From: Virgibacillus sp.
GTDB taxonomy: Bacteria; Bacillota; Bacilli; Bacillales; Amphibacillaceae
Direction: 5' to 3'
NCBI GenBank assembly: GCA_041689365.1
Contig: JBDNGJ010000188.1
Location: 3,150 to 67,149 of the forward strand
Length of the DNA: 64,000 nucleotides
Under the pieces are notes generated by a model that had not been told where the DNA came from, did no database searches, and was given only the letters and a program-made list of their open reading frames with translations. The translations under genes and the position numbers were made by a program. This document shows, one piece after another, positions 34,389 to 45,389 of the stretch; position 1 is the stretch's first letter, and each line of letters starts with the position of its first letter.

Positions 34389-35855
34389 ATGTCGTTATTT
34401 GAACATAGCATAAAAGAATTAGAAACAATGCTACATAATAAAGAAATATCAGTAGAAGACCTGATTGACACGTCATATGACCGTATTAATGAGGTCGATG
34501 ATAAGGTACAGGCCTTTTTGACATTGGATGAAGAGCATTCACGCAGTCAGGCAAAGCAATTGGATGCTGCCCCGGATGAAACAGCGCGTTTATTTGGTAT
34601 CCCAAGCGGTATTAAGGATAATATTGTAACCAAAGGATTGCGTACAACATGTGGAAGTCAATTTTTAAAAAACTTTGATGACCCGCTTTACAATGCAGAT
34701 GTTGTTGAGAAGCTGAACAATGAAAAGGCTGTAACAATTGGTAAGCTGAATATGGATGAATTCGCGATGGGTTCATCAAATGAAAATTCAAGCTATATGC
34801 CAACTCGCAACCCATGGAATACTGATCATGTTCCAGGTGGTTCAAGTGGTGGATCAGCAGCATCTGTAGCTGCAGGAGAAGTGTTGTTCTCTTTAGGTTC
34901 TGACACAGGTGGTTCAATCCGTCAGCCTGCTGCATTTTGTGGGGTTGTTGGATTAAAGCCAACATATGGGAGAGTATCGCGTTTCGGATTGGTGGCATTT
35001 GCATCGTCTCTTGACCAAATCGGCCCAATCACGCGAAACGTTGAAGATAATGCACGCGTACTGGAAGTTATTTCAGGACATGACAAGATGGATTCAACCA
35101 GCGCTGATATTGATGTCCCTGCATACACCGAGGCACTGACTGGTAATGTGAAAGGTCTTAAAATCGCTGTGCCAAAAGAATACCTTGCTGAAGGTGTTGA
35201 ACCTGAGGTGAAGGAATCTGTCATGAACGCGCTAAAAGTATACGAATCCCTAGGCGCTGAATGGGAAGAGGTATCATTACCACATTCTAAATATGCAGTT
35301 GCGACCTATTACTTAATAGCATCATCAGAAGCATCCGCAAACCTTGCACGATTCGATGGTGTTCGATACGGTGTACGCTCGGAGAATTCCAATAATATGA
35401 TTGATATGTTCAAGAATTCCCGCAGTGAAGGGTTTGGAGAAGAAGTGAAACGCCGTATAATGCTTGGAACATTTGCATTAAGCTCAGGCTACTATGATGC
35501 ATACTATAAAAAAGCACAAAAAGTCCGTACATTAATTAAAAATGACTTTGATAAGGTTTTTGAAGAATATGATGTTGTTATTGGGCCAACTACCCCAACA
35601 TCTGCTTTTAAAATTGGTGAAAAAGTTGATGATCCATTAACAATGTATGCAAACGATATTCTGACCATACCAGTAAACCTTGCTGGTGTTCCCGGAATTT
35701 CTGTACCATGTGGGTTCTCGGAAAAAGGACTTCCATTTGGCCTGCAAATTATAGGGAAGCATTTTGATGAAAGTACCGTTTATCGTGCGGCATATGCATA
35801 TGAACAAGCTACAGACCATCACACAAAACGACCTCAACTTGGAGGTGGAAAATAA
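34389..35855 (+). CDS. gatA: Asp/Glu-tRNA amidotransferase subunit A
   Basis: [31 protein letters not shown] amidase signature. Confidence 0.98.
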   Translation: MSLFEHSIKELETMLHNKEISVEDLIDTSYDRINEVDDKVQAFLTLDEEHSRSQAKQLDAAPDETARLFGIPSGIKDNIVTKGLRTTCGSQFLKNFDDPLYNADVVEKLNNEKAVTIGKLNMDEFAMGSSNENSSYMPTRNPWNTDHVPGGSSGGSAASVAAGEVLFSLGSDTGGSIRQPAAFCGVVGLKPTYGRVSRFGLVAFASSLDQIGPITRNVEDNARVLEVISGHDKMDSTSADIDVPAYTEALTGNVKGLKIAVPKEYLAEGVEPEVKESVMNALKVYESLGAEWEEVSLPHSKYAVATYYLIASSEASANLARFDGVRYGVRSENSNNMIDMFKNSRSEGFGEEVKRRIMLGTFALSSGYYDAYYKKAQKVRTLIKNDFDKVFEEYDVVIGPTTPTSAFKIGEKVDDPLTMYANDILTIPVNLAGVPGISVPCGFSEKGLPFGLQIIGKHFDESTVYRAAYAYEQATDHHTKRPQLGGGK

Positions 35856-37285
35856 TGAATTTCGAAACAGTTATCGGTCTAGAAGTACATGTTGAATTAA
35901 AAACAGACTCCAAAATTTTCAGTCCAAGTCCAAATGCATTTGGTGCAGAGCCGAATTCAAATGTTAATCCAATTGATCTTGGGTATCCTGGTGTTCTTCC
36001 GGTATTAAATGAAGAAGTGGTCAATTTTGCTATGAAAGCTGCACTTGCACTTAATTGTGAAATTGCAACAGATACAAAATTTGACCGTAAGAACTATTTC
36101 TATCCGGACAATCCAAAAGCATACCAGATTTCCCAGTTTGATAAGCCAATCGGTGAAAACGGCTGGATTGAAATTGAAGTAAATGGAGAAAAGAAACGCA
36201 TTGGTATTACCCGTCTTCACATTGAAGAGGATGCAGGTAAACTAAATCACCAGGATGATGGCTACTCATTGGTGGACTTTAACCGCCAAGGCACCCCATT
36301 AGTGGAAATTGTGTCCGAGCCAGACATGCAATCACCAGAAGAGGCGTATGCATACTTGGAAAAATTGAAAAACATTATTCAATATACCGGTGTTTCCGAC
36401 TGTAAAATGGAAGAAGGATCACTAAGGTGCGATGCCAATTTATCCATCCGTCCAATAGGGCAGGAGGAATTCGGCACAAAGTCAGAATTGAAAAACCTGA
36501 ACTCCTTTAATTTTGTCCAAAAAGGACTGGAATTTGAAGAAAAACGTCAGGAGAAGGTTCTTTTAGCTGGTGGTGAAATTTTACAGGAAACACGTCGTTA
36601 TGATGAAAAATCAAAAGAAACAGTTCTAATGCGAGTTAAAGAAGGTTCGGATGATTATCGTTATTTTCCAGAGCCAGACCTTGTACCACTATATATTGAT
36701 GAAGCATGGAAAGAACGGATTCGCAAGGAGATTCCCGAGTTGCCAGGTGCACGGAAAAAGCGCTATATAGATGAGCTTGGATTACCGGAATACGATGCTG
36801 AAGTGCTGACCAATTCCAAGGAAATGTCCGATTTCTTTCAGGTAACAGTGGATCATAATGCAGATGTTAAACAAGCATCAAATTGGCTGATGGGCGAAGT
36901 GTCGGGATATATGAATAAACATGCAAAAGAATTAAATGAACTTGCCTTAACACCAGAATCGTTAGCTAAAATGATTGAACTCATAGAAGATGGAACGATT
37001 TCATCTAAAATCGCCAAGAAAGTTTTTGCGGAATTAGTTGAAAATGGTGGCGACCCGGAAAAGATTGTAAAGGAGAAAGGTCTTGTACAAATTTCCGATG
37101 AAGGTCAGTTAACTGAGATTATCACGAAAATCCTTGATGAAAATGAACAGTCAATTATCGACTACAAGAGCGGTAAAGAACGTGCGAAGGGCTTCCTTGT
37201 CGGACAGGTAATGAAGGCTACCAAAGGACAGGCAAATCCGCCTATGGTCAACAAGATTCTAGCAGCCGAATTGGATAAAAGATAA
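35855..37285 (+). CDS. gatB: Asp/Glu-tRNA amidotransferase subunit B
   Basis: [27 protein letters not shown]. Confidence 0.98.
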   Translation: MNFETVIGLEVHVELKTDSKIFSPSPNAFGAEPNSNVNPIDLGYPGVLPVLNEEVVNFAMKAALALNCEIATDTKFDRKNYFYPDNPKAYQISQFDKPIGENGWIEIEVNGEKKRIGITRLHIEEDAGKLNHQDDGYSLVDFNRQGTPLVEIVSEPDMQSPEEAYAYLEKLKNIIQYTGVSDCKMEEGSLRCDANLSIRPIGQEEFGTKSELKNLNSFNFVQKGLEFEEKRQEKVLLAGGEILQETRRYDEKSKETVLMRVKEGSDDYRYFPEPDLVPLYIDEAWKERIRKEIPELPGARKKRYIDELGLPEYDAEVLTNSKEMSDFFQVTVDHNADVKQASNWLMGEVSGYMNKHAKELNELALTPESLAKMIELIEDGTISSKIAKKVFAELVENGGDPEKIVKEKGLVQISDEGQLTEIITKILDENEQSIIDYKSGKERAKGFLVGQVMKATKGQANPPMVNKILAAELDKR

Positions 37286-37452
37286 TACGACTTGCATATA
37301 GACTACTGTCAAATGGGTGACAGTAGTCTATAATATTTCGTTAAACCCCTTTTCAAAATGGCTAAAAAGGGCTATGATAAATGTTGATGTATTTTAAAAA
37401 TGTACTCATAAATATAGATTAGTTTTGGAACAGCAGGGGGGAGGGATCCACA

Positions 37453-38379
37453 ATGAAGACAGCCCGGATCATTTATAATCCAACATCAGGTCGTGAAGCA
37501 TTTAAAAAGGAATTAGCGCCAGTATTAGAACGCTTTGAAGTTGCTGGCTATGAAACATCCACACACGCTACAACTAGTGAGGGTGATGCTATAAACGCAG
37601 CGAGAACTGCCATAGAACGAGGCTATGACTTAATTGTAGCTGCAGGCGGTGACGGTACCATAAATGAAGTCATAAATGGAATGGCAGAACAGGAATACCG
37701 CCCAAAGCTTGGAATTATTCCGATGGGGACGACAAATGACTTTGCCAGGGCATTGTGTATCCCTCGTGATATCAAAAAAGCAGTTGATGTTATCTTGAAC
37801 GATCAATCCATGCTGCTGGACATTGGTCGTGTGAACGATCAATACTTCATGAATATTGCAGGTGGCGGTAAGCTTACTGAATTAACCTATGAGGTTCCAA
37901 GCAAATTAAAAACGATGCTCGGTCAGATGGCCTATTATATGAAGGGAATCGAGATGCTTCCTTCTTTGAAGCCGATACGGGCAAAAATAGAGTATGATGG
38001 AAATATTATTGACGAAGAAATTATGCTTTTTCTAATTTCCAACTCCAATTCGGTTGCTGGCTTTGAAAAGCTTGCCCCAGATGCCAAGCTTGACGATGGT
38101 TATTTTGACTTGCTGATTTTGAAAAAGGCGAACTTGGCGGAGTTTATTCGGATAGCAAGCCTGGCCTTGCGCGGTGCACATCTTGAGGACAGCCATGTAA
38201 TTTACGTGAAGGCAAAAGAAGTAAAAGTCGATACGGATGAGAAAATGCAGTTAAATATAGACGGTGAATTTGGTGGAATGCTGCCAGGGGAATTTAAGAA
38301 TCTCCAACAGCATATTGAGTTTTTTGTACCGGATAAGTTTGTAGAATCACAAACTGAGCAAAAAAGGTTAGACCCTTGA
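37453..38379 (+). CDS. dagK: Diacylglycerol kinase (YerQ/DagK)
   Basis: NPTSGRE, GGDGTINEV, GTTNDFARAL, NIDGEFGG. Confidence 0.92.
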   Translation: MKTARIIYNPTSGREAFKKELAPVLERFEVAGYETSTHATTSEGDAINAARTAIERGYDLIVAAGGDGTINEVINGMAEQEYRPKLGIIPMGTTNDFARALCIPRDIKKAVDVILNDQSMLLDIGRVNDQYFMNIAGGGKLTELTYEVPSKLKTMLGQMAYYMKGIEMLPSLKPIRAKIEYDGNIIDEEIMLFLISNSNSVAGFEKLAPDAKLDDGYFDLLILKKANLAEFIRIASLALRGAHLEDSHVIYVKAKEVKVDTDEKMQLNIDGEFGGMLPGEFKNLQQHIEFFVPDKFVESQTEQKRLDP

Positions 38380-38460
38380 TGTCCTTTGAAGACGTCAAGG
38401 GTTTTATAACTGTTAGGAAATTATAAAATTTAAGTACTGTGGATAACCGGACTTCCGAAT

Positions 38461-38617
38461 CAGCGACGTCTAGCTCCAGCGCCTAGCGCCTAGTGGACTT
38501 CCCTCCCGTGTCTACGATAAGTCAACATCGAATCGCTTACGCTCTTCGTGTATCCTTTATCTCACACGGGTCAGTCCAGTCCATACGGCGCTGAACAGGC
38601 GCTTGCGCTTTTGTTCT
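38461..38617. repeat. Dispersed intergenic repeat, copy 2 (same family as 16421-16590)
   Basis: CAGCGACGTC..CTAGTGGACTT..CTACGATAAGTCAAC..CGCTGAACAGGCGCTTGCGCTTTTG. Confidence 0.75.
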
Positions 38618-38681
38618 GTAAAAGTTCAATCAGGATATGATAAGATAATAACCACATACAAGAACGTAAAGGAAGGTACCA

Positions 38682-40055
38682 ATGGCTAAACAATCAGCTC
38701 CAGTGGAAAAGAATGAAACAATTACGCTTAACTTCGAGGATCTCACCCATGAAGGGAATGGTGTCGGAAAAATTAATGGCTATCCATTATTTGTTCCACA
38801 AGCCCTACCAGGAGAAGAAGGGAAAGTAAAAGTTGTTAAGGCAAATAAAAATTTTGGTTTCGGAAAATTACTTGAACTGACAAAAGAGAGTCCAGAACGG
38901 ATCGAACCTGTCTGCCATGTCCATTGTAATGGATGCGGTCTCCAGCATATGAGCTATTCGCTGCAGCTTGAAATGAAACAAAATCAAGTGAAAAATGCGA
39001 TGAAAAAAATTGCACATCTTGAACATGTCCTCGTAAAACCAATTATTGGCATGGAGGACCCATTACATTATCGAAACAAGGTGCAAATTCCAGTTGGCGA
39101 AAAAAACGGTGAACTCATTACAGGATTTTATCAAAAACGCAGTCACCGAATCATCGAAAACACGGAAACATGTGTAACACATAATGAAGTGATTAATGAC
39201 GTTGTGAAAACTGTAAGAGACATTGCCAATCGACTTGGCATCCAAGCTTATAACGAGCAAGAGCATAAAGGGGTTCTTCGCCATATCATGGTCCGCACGG
39301 GTGAGGAAACGAAGGATATTATGGTTGTCCTTGTCACGCGGACAGATAAATTGCCACATCAGGACAAGTTGGTGGAGGAGCTTACCAGTGAGTTTCCCCA
39401 TATAAAATCTGTCATTCATAATGTTAATCATAAAAGGACCAATGTCATCATGGGGGATAAGTCAAAAGTAATCTGGGGCGATGAATATATTCACGATAAA
39501 ATTGGTGAAATCACCTTTGCCATTTCAGCAAAATCATTTTATCAAGTAAACCCATCACAAACTAAGAAACTCTATGATAAGGCACTGGAATATGCTGATA
39601 TTGGAACAAAGGATACTGTGATCGATGCTTATTGCGGTATTGGGACGATTTCGCTATTTATGGCCCAAAAGGCGAGAAAGGTATACGGTGTTGAAGTTGT
39701 ACCAGAAGCAATCAGCAATGCCAAAAAGAACGCTAAACTTAACGGAATTACGAACGCAGAATTCTACGTTGGTGAAGCAGAAAAAGTCATGCCATGGTGG
39801 AAAATGCAAGGGTTAAACCCGGATGTCATCGTAGTCGATCCACCACGAAAAGGCTGTGATGAAGAGCTTCTTAAAGCAATGACAGAAATGCAGCCAAAGC
39901 GAATTGTATATGTATCCTGTAACCCATCAACATTAGCACGAGATTTACGCGTGTTGGAGGATAGAGGGTATGCAACACAAGAAGTACAGCCAGTTGATAT
40001 GTTCCCTCAGACAGGGCATGTTGAGTGTGTTACAGTGTTGGAACAGAGATTATAA
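38682..40055 (+). CDS. rlmD: 23S rRNA (uracil-C5)-methyltransferase RlmD/RlmCD
   Basis: TRAM N-terminus, SFYQVN, DAYCGIGT, DPPRKG, VSCNPSTLARD, DMFPQTGHVE. Confidence 0.95.
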   Translation: MAKQSAPVEKNETITLNFEDLTHEGNGVGKINGYPLFVPQALPGEEGKVKVVKANKNFGFGKLLELTKESPERIEPVCHVHCNGCGLQHMSYSLQLEMKQNQVKNAMKKIAHLEHVLVKPIIGMEDPLHYRNKVQIPVGEKNGELITGFYQKRSHRIIENTETCVTHNEVINDVVKTVRDIANRLGIQAYNEQEHKGVLRHIMVRTGEETKDIMVVLVTRTDKLPHQDKLVEELTSEFPHIKSVIHNVNHKRTNVIMGDKSKVIWGDEYIHDKIGEITFAISAKSFYQVNPSQTKKLYDKALEYADIGTKDTVIDAYCGIGTISLFMAQKARKVYGVEVVPEAISNAKKNAKLNGITNAEFYVGEAEKVMPWWKMQGLNPDVIVVDPPRKGCDEELLKAMTEMQPKRIVYVSCNPSTLARDLRVLEDRGYATQEVQPVDMFPQTGHVECVTVLEQRL

Positions 40056-40448
40056 ACATGTGGCTGAAATAAAATAATAATTGCTAGTCCGACCCTAATT
40101 TCGTAGTAATATTTATATGCGAATTCGGGTCTTTTTGTGCCCAAACCATTGTCATATCATGATTTTCTTTAACTTCCTTTTCTTGCTATTTTACAAACGG
40201 CAATTTTTTTAACGAAAAGTGTTAAAATAGGGATTTAGAAAACTCTATTTTATCTCCAAAGGCAGAATTTAGATGGAGATTTGGGAGAGTTTATTTCGGT
40301 GTACAGCACGTGTCTGGTTAAAATATACATTTTTGACCAGTTTGATATAAAGTGCTTAAGCATGATATAAGTGTAAAAGAAGCAGGTATTTTTTGATTTT
40401 TAATTTTGCAGGATAAGGGTTTGACCTTGTATTCTATAGTGAGAGGAT

Positions 40449-41447
40449 TTGAATAAAGATATGATAGATAACTTTTGGCGTGATTTACCACGACCGTTTT
40501 TTATATTGGCGCCAATGGAAGATGTAACGGATGTTGTTTTTCGCCATGTAGTAAGCGCGGCAGCCAGACCTGATGTGTTTTTTACAGAGTTTACAAATAC
40601 AGATAGTTATTGTCACCCTGAGGGGATCCAGAGTGTGCGTGGGCGTTTGACTTTTACAGAGGATGAGCAACCAATTGTAGCTCATATATGGGGAGATAAG
40701 CCTGAATACTTTCGACAAATGAGTATTGGTATGGCGAGACAAGGATTTAAGGGCGTAGATATCAATATGGGCTGCCCTGTGCATAATGTGGCAAAGAAGG
40801 GGAAGGGATGTGGCCTGATCCATCGTCCAGAAGTTGCTGCAGATATAGTACAAGCAGCAAAAGCGGGTGGATTGCCCGTAAGTGTGAAGACAAGACTTGG
40901 ATACACTGATGTAGACGAATGGCGCGACTGGCTAACACACATCTTGAAACAAGATATTGTTAATCTTTCTATTCATCTACGTACAAAAAAGGAAATGAGT
41001 GATGTAGATGCTCATTGGGAACTAATCCCGGAGATTAAGAAACTTCGTGACGAAGTGGCACCAGATACACTTTTGACGATTAATGGGGATATTCCTGACC
41101 GACAAACTGGCTTGAAGCTCGCTCATCAATACGGTGTTGATGGGGTTATGATCGGGCGTGGTATTTTTAAAAATCCATTTGCTTTTGAAAAGCAGCCAAA
41201 AGATCATAGTAGTGAGGAATTACTTGATCTCTTAAGGTTGCATCTGGATTTTCATGATAAATATTCAAAATTAGAACCACGGCAGATCAAGCCTCTTCGT
41301 CGATTTTTCAAGGTATATGTCCGTGGGATACCAGGGGCTGGTGAGTTGAGAAATCAATTAATGAGTACAGAGTCAACAGATGAAGTGCGTGCATTGCTCA
41401 ATAACTTTGAACGAAAGAATGTTGAGGTGACGGGGTCTCAAGAGTGA
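40449..41447 (+). CDS. tRNA-dihydrouridine synthase family protein
   Basis: [34 protein letters not shown]. Confidence 0.92.
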   Translation: MNKDMIDNFWRDLPRPFFILAPMEDVTDVVFRHVVSAAARPDVFFTEFTNTDSYCHPEGIQSVRGRLTFTEDEQPIVAHIWGDKPEYFRQMSIGMARQGFKGVDINMGCPVHNVAKKGKGCGLIHRPEVAADIVQAAKAGGLPVSVKTRLGYTDVDEWRDWLTHILKQDIVNLSIHLRTKKEMSDVDAHWELIPEIKKLRDEVAPDTLLTINGDIPDRQTGLKLAHQYGVDGVMIGRGIFKNPFAFEKQPKDHSSEELLDLLRLHLDFHDKYSKLEPRQIKPLRRFFKVYVRGIPGAGELRNQLMSTESTDEVRALLNNFERKNVEVTGSQE

Positions 41448-41590
41448 GAAAAACTCACTGTAAACCATTTGGAGATTACTACTATAATGAGATCCTTGAA
41501 TGATTATTGAAATGGTAACCATAATTTAGAACTGGTTGAAAAAACATTGAGACATGGGGTCAGGGGATATATCCCTTTCTAAACAACAAA

Positions 41591-41620
41591 CTGGGACGAT
41601 GAACCTGTCCCCTTTGTCCC
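41591..41620 (+). repeat. REP-like hairpin copy 1 of 5 (CTGGGAC-N9-GTCCC..TGTCCC)
   Basis: CTGGGACGATGAACCTGTCCCCTTTGTCCC; other copies at 43634, 43918, 44207, 47624. Confidence 0.8.
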
Positions 41621-41642
41621 TACATAGCAAAGAGGTGATTGG

Positions 41643-42224
41643 TTGAAGTTATTTATTGATATATTATTTTTAATTGTTATTGGGTACTATAGCTATAAGT
41701 TTATTCAAGTCATGATAAAAATGAGGCAAGACATTATTTTACCTACAACCAATGAAGAGATTGCATCCATTAGAAAATATCCTCAAAAAGTAGTGAATTA
41801 CCCGATATATTCTAAACAAAAGATAGGAATCATTGTTTACTCTCTTAATCTCGTGTTTGTGATCGCCATGTTTTTCTTAGGAATGTTTTTAAGTGGGATT
41901 AATTGGTCTCTCTATCCATTGATGACCATTCTTCTTATTAATTCATATAGTTTTCTAAATTTATTCGCGGTAATTGGTGAAGGTGTACTTTGTGGTAGTC
42001 GCTTTGTTGCTTGGAAAAAAGTAAAGTCGTTTCAATTTCTCCCTATTGATTTGAACCACAGATACTTTGGTGCCTCCAAAGAGGTTAATGATAAGTATGA
42101 ATTGAGGATTAAGACAAAATTCCATTTTATAAGCTGTATTGTTACCACAAGTGAAATGAAAGAGAAGCTGAACATGATTTTAAGTGAGCATATAGCAGTG
42201 AATGAAAAAGAGTCGGCGTTTTAA
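41643..42224 (+). CDS. Hypothetical membrane protein
   Basis: RBS AGAGGTG; three hydrophobic segments followed by a soluble PH-like tail. Confidence 0.65.
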   Translation: MKLFIDILFLIVIGYYSYKFIQVMIKMRQDIILPTTNEEIASIRKYPQKVVNYPIYSKQKIGIIVYSLNLVFVIAMFFLGMFLSGINWSLYPLMTILLINSYSFLNLFAVIGEGVLCGSRFVAWKKVKSFQFLPIDLNHRYFGASKEVNDKYELRIKTKFHFISCIVTTSEMKEKLNMILSEHIAVNEKESAF

Positions 42225-42376
42225 AAATCCGAAGTGAAAAATAATTGGATAGAAGGTTAAAAGTATTGTTGCGGAGCAGAAATAATGGCTGGGTATTGGG
42301 CATATATCCGGTTTTATAATTAATGATTGGTGGGATGAGCGAAATTGTTAACTCATCCCTTGAGAGGAGATTTTAA

Positions 42377-43591
42377 ATGAGTGATGATAAGGTGGGCAAA
42401 ACTTTACTGAAAGCCCTAGAAAGTATGCAGGCTCATGGAAGAGAGCGTGAATATAAAAGGCAAAAAGAAGTTTGGAAGAATATTGAGGCTCCATGCACAC
42501 TTACTGATGCATTAGTAAATTTAAAGAAGCATGAGCTGGATCAAATTCGTAAAAATCTCGATCTTAAAAATTTAAGTTCCTTGAAAAAGGGCGAACTAGC
42601 CAGAGAGTTAGTTCAGTTAATACCGTCACGGTTTGAGCATGTCTTATACATACTGGATAAAGAACGCTACGATATTATTAAGAAAGCTATAAATAACTCA
42701 GGGGCTTCCATTGTAGATAATACTTTTCCGTTCAGAAAGGTAGAGTCACTAAGAGACTATGGTATTTTATTTCCCGGTGTTCATAAGAATCAGTATGTTC
42801 TGTCCATGCCTTCGGAGTTGATAACTGTTTTTGACCAACTTGATGGAAATGAAATTCAAAATATTGTAGAGCGTAATACTGAATGGATACGCTTAACCCA
42901 AGGGCTGCTTTATTATTATGGTGTTATGGATTTATATGCTGTGATCGACAAGGTAGCAGAATTAACAGGACAAAAGGTAGCGGTATCAGAATTTATCAAT
43001 ATAATCTCCCATTCCCAATACTATTATCGTCAACTTACTTTCTCCAGTTTTGGGCTAAAGCATCAAAAAGTTTTAAATGCCGGAGAGATAATAACGGAAC
43101 AGGAAAAAAGACAAGATATAGATTATTATCCTTTTACTAAGAAACAGTTGATGGCTGCGGGGGAAATGGGATATATAGACAGATCCCAGGCTATGAACAG
43201 TTTCACTCAATTTCTTTTAGATTACTATGATTTACCAAATGATGAATTGAATGAAATTGCTATAAAGATTACAGATATGATTAAAGAAAATAAAAAGCCG
43301 GAGATGTTGATTAAGTTTTTAGAAAGTAAACTTGAGTTTCCTTCTGCTGCTTTTGTGAATCAGTTAATGCAGAAGTTAATGGAATTACATAACAACACTC
43401 CTATGTGGGTTTTAAAAGGCAATACACCTAATGTTTTATCTCCGGTTGAACATGAGCATTTAAAGTCTGAATCCTCAGGAAGTGACAAGGAGTCAAATGT
43501 GATCCCGATAACAAAGAATATCAAAGTTGGCCGTAATGAGCCATGTATATGTGGAAGTGGCAAAAAGTATAAAATATGCTGTGGAAAATAG
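42377..43591 (+). CDS. SEC-C motif (zinc-binding) domain protein
   Basis: C-terminal KVGRNEPCICGSGKKYKICCG. Confidence 0.85.
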   Translation: MSDDKVGKTLLKALESMQAHGREREYKRQKEVWKNIEAPCTLTDALVNLKKHELDQIRKNLDLKNLSSLKKGELARELVQLIPSRFEHVLYILDKERYDIIKKAINNSGASIVDNTFPFRKVESLRDYGILFPGVHKNQYVLSMPSELITVFDQLDGNEIQNIVERNTEWIRLTQGLLYYYGVMDLYAVIDKVAELTGQKVAVSEFINIISHSQYYYRQLTFSSFGLKHQKVLNAGEIITEQEKRQDIDYYPFTKKQLMAAGEMGYIDRSQAMNSFTQFLLDYYDLPNDELNEIAIKITDMIKENKKPEMLIKFLESKLEFPSAAFVNQLMQKLMELHNNTPMWVLKGNTPNVLSPVEHEHLKSESSGSDKESNVIPITKNIKVGRNEPCICGSGKKYKICCGK

Positions 43592-43633
43592 AAGAGACAT
43601 GTGGGAAGGGGATATACCCTTTCAAAATAACAT

Positions 43634-44625
43634 CTGGGACAAAGAGTGAACCTGTCCCTTTATTCCCCTTACCGTATCGCTTATAGCGGTACGCGATATG
43701 GACGACTCTGTCCTTCTGTAAAGCCTGATTGCGGGGCGGTCTGGATTCTTGAAAAAATAAGTTTGGTTTTAAAATTCCTCAAGAAAAGTGCTAGTTGACT
43801 TTTTTCATATGTATCATATCGCTGGGCGATATGATACAAAATCTCTTCGGAAAATTCATAATTTAATAGATATGGTAATCCGATATATACATGGTAGCTA
43901 AACCCGCAACTAACCATTTGGGACGGTGAACCTGTCCCTCTTGTCCCTCTTGTCCCTCATCGTATCGCTTATAGCGGCACCGCGCTATGGATGAGTTTAT
44001 CCCTTGTAAACCCCAGGTGCGGGAAGGTATGGACTATTGGACAAGAAGATCGGTTTTTAAAAAATGCCTCAATAAACATGTTAGTCGACTCTATTTATAT
44101 GTGTCGTATCGCTACCCGATATGAACATCAACTCTTCAAGAACCTCATAATTTAATAAGTAAGGGGTTCAGATATATAATCCGATGATACGCCCGGAACT
44201 AACCATCTGGGACGATGAACCTGTCCCTATTGTCCCTCCATATCGTTAGGCGATATACTTGCAAATTTTTCGAAAAACCTTCATATTTGATAGATAAGAA
44301 GATTCGGTATAATACATGATGTATACGTTAGAATAGTTGTTTATTATCTTCCAAAAGAGTAGTAGTTATAGTCCTTAATTGCTAGAAATCTTGGTTGAAT
44401 CAAAGGGCGACATATGATATATAGGGAGTTCAATATCTTCGTATCGCTTATAGCGGCACGCGATATGGACATAAAAAGTGTGAGTCGGAGTGGCTAAGTA
44501 TAACGTTAGTCTTTATTATATTCTTCAAAGTATTAGCCTGCCGTGTATGTGCTTCGTATCGCCAGGCGATATACCTTGTAATTTTATCGAAGAACTTCAT
44601 ATTCTACTAGAAAGGAGATCCGATA
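43634..44625. repeat. Iterated degenerate leader modules with TATCGC/GCGATA palindromes, separated by REP-like hairpins
   Basis: Alpha motif at 43675, 43963, 44442; beta motif at 43817, 44107, 44241, 44557; two 288-290-nt tandem units. Confidence 0.85.
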
Positions 44626-45329
44626 TGCGACATGATATACAGCCAAATGAACGATCTTTCACCACGAAGGAAGTAGCAGACGAATTGGAAATCGCAACAC
44701 CTACTGTTAGAAAGTATGGCCAAATTTTAGAGCGAAATGGATATGAGTTTTTTAAAGATGGTGACCGGCGTATTTTCGTTCGTTCTGACATTGAATCGCT
44801 TATAGCGATACGCGATACGGACAAGCCCATAGACGAAACAGCTACATACCTTGTAAATCAACAAAAATTAAGATTAGATGAATTCAATGAAACAGAGATA
44901 ACGATACCTGATTCACCTGGTAATTCACCCCAAGATCTCGGTCAATTAAAAGAATCTTTAATGTTTTTAGCTAATGAATTAGCAGCTACACGTGAAATGA
45001 ATGTTCAGCTGACAAATGATATGTCTCAACTTAAAACTACGGTTTCCCAGCTCCAGCAAGATCATCATGTTATAAGTTCTGGTATCGGAAACTCAGCACA
45101 AAGAACTGCAAGAATTGAGAAATTAACGGAACAACAAAATAATCACTATGAGACGTTGCTGCAACAGGAAAAAGAAAAAAGCGAATTCTTGCAAAAAGAA
45201 ATACAAAATATGCGGGACGAACAGAAAAAAGAATGGCGATTACAAAGTGATTTTAACAAACGTTTAGAAAAATCGATGAAAAAACCTGCAGGAAATTTGG
45301 GTAAGTTCTTGTCCTTGTTTCGTAAATAA
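44625..45329 (+). CDS. MerR-type wHTH + coiled-coil protein with amphipathic C-terminal tail (RacA/pSK1 Par/DUF3967-like architecture)
   Basis: RBS GAAAGGAG before ATG 44625; TTKEVADELEIATPTVRKY HTH; Q/E/K-rich coiled coil; tail LGKFLSLFRK. Confidence 0.7.
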   Translation: MRHDIQPNERSFTTKEVADELEIATPTVRKYGQILERNGYEFFKDGDRRIFVRSDIESLIAIRDTDKPIDETATYLVNQQKLRLDEFNETEITIPDSPGNSPQDLGQLKESLMFLANELAATREMNVQLTNDMSQLKTTVSQLQQDHHVISSGIGNSAQRTARIEKLTEQQNNHYETLLQQEKEKSEFLQKEIQNMRDEQKKEWRLQSDFNKRLEKSMKKPAGNLGKFLSLFRK

Positions 45330-45389
45330 GACCATCGCGATTGTCCCCTGTTGTTGCTGAAGGAGTAATAATAGTAAAGGAGTAGGAAA

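Noticed and set aside
38915-38945. Shortened Fe-S motif in RlmD (CHVHCNGC instead of CX5CGGC) as a defect
   Set aside because: Three cysteines plus a downstream Cys are retained and all catalytic motifs are intact; cannot be called unusual without an alignment.
40290-40320. CAGCACGTG as a degenerate att duplicate of the rlmD 3' end
   Set aside because: The match to the rlmD end (GGGCATGTTGAGTG) is too short and imperfect, and no recombinase is present.
43681-43917. 78-aa minus-strand ORF in repeat unit A as a small protein
   Set aside because: The homologous frame in unit B contains several stops and indels, so the conserved features are DNA palindromes rather than codons.
44490-44624. 45-aa N-terminal extension of the Par-like protein given by the ORF track
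   Set aside because: It is the translated palindromic leader; the strong RBS GAAAGGAG points to ATG 44625.
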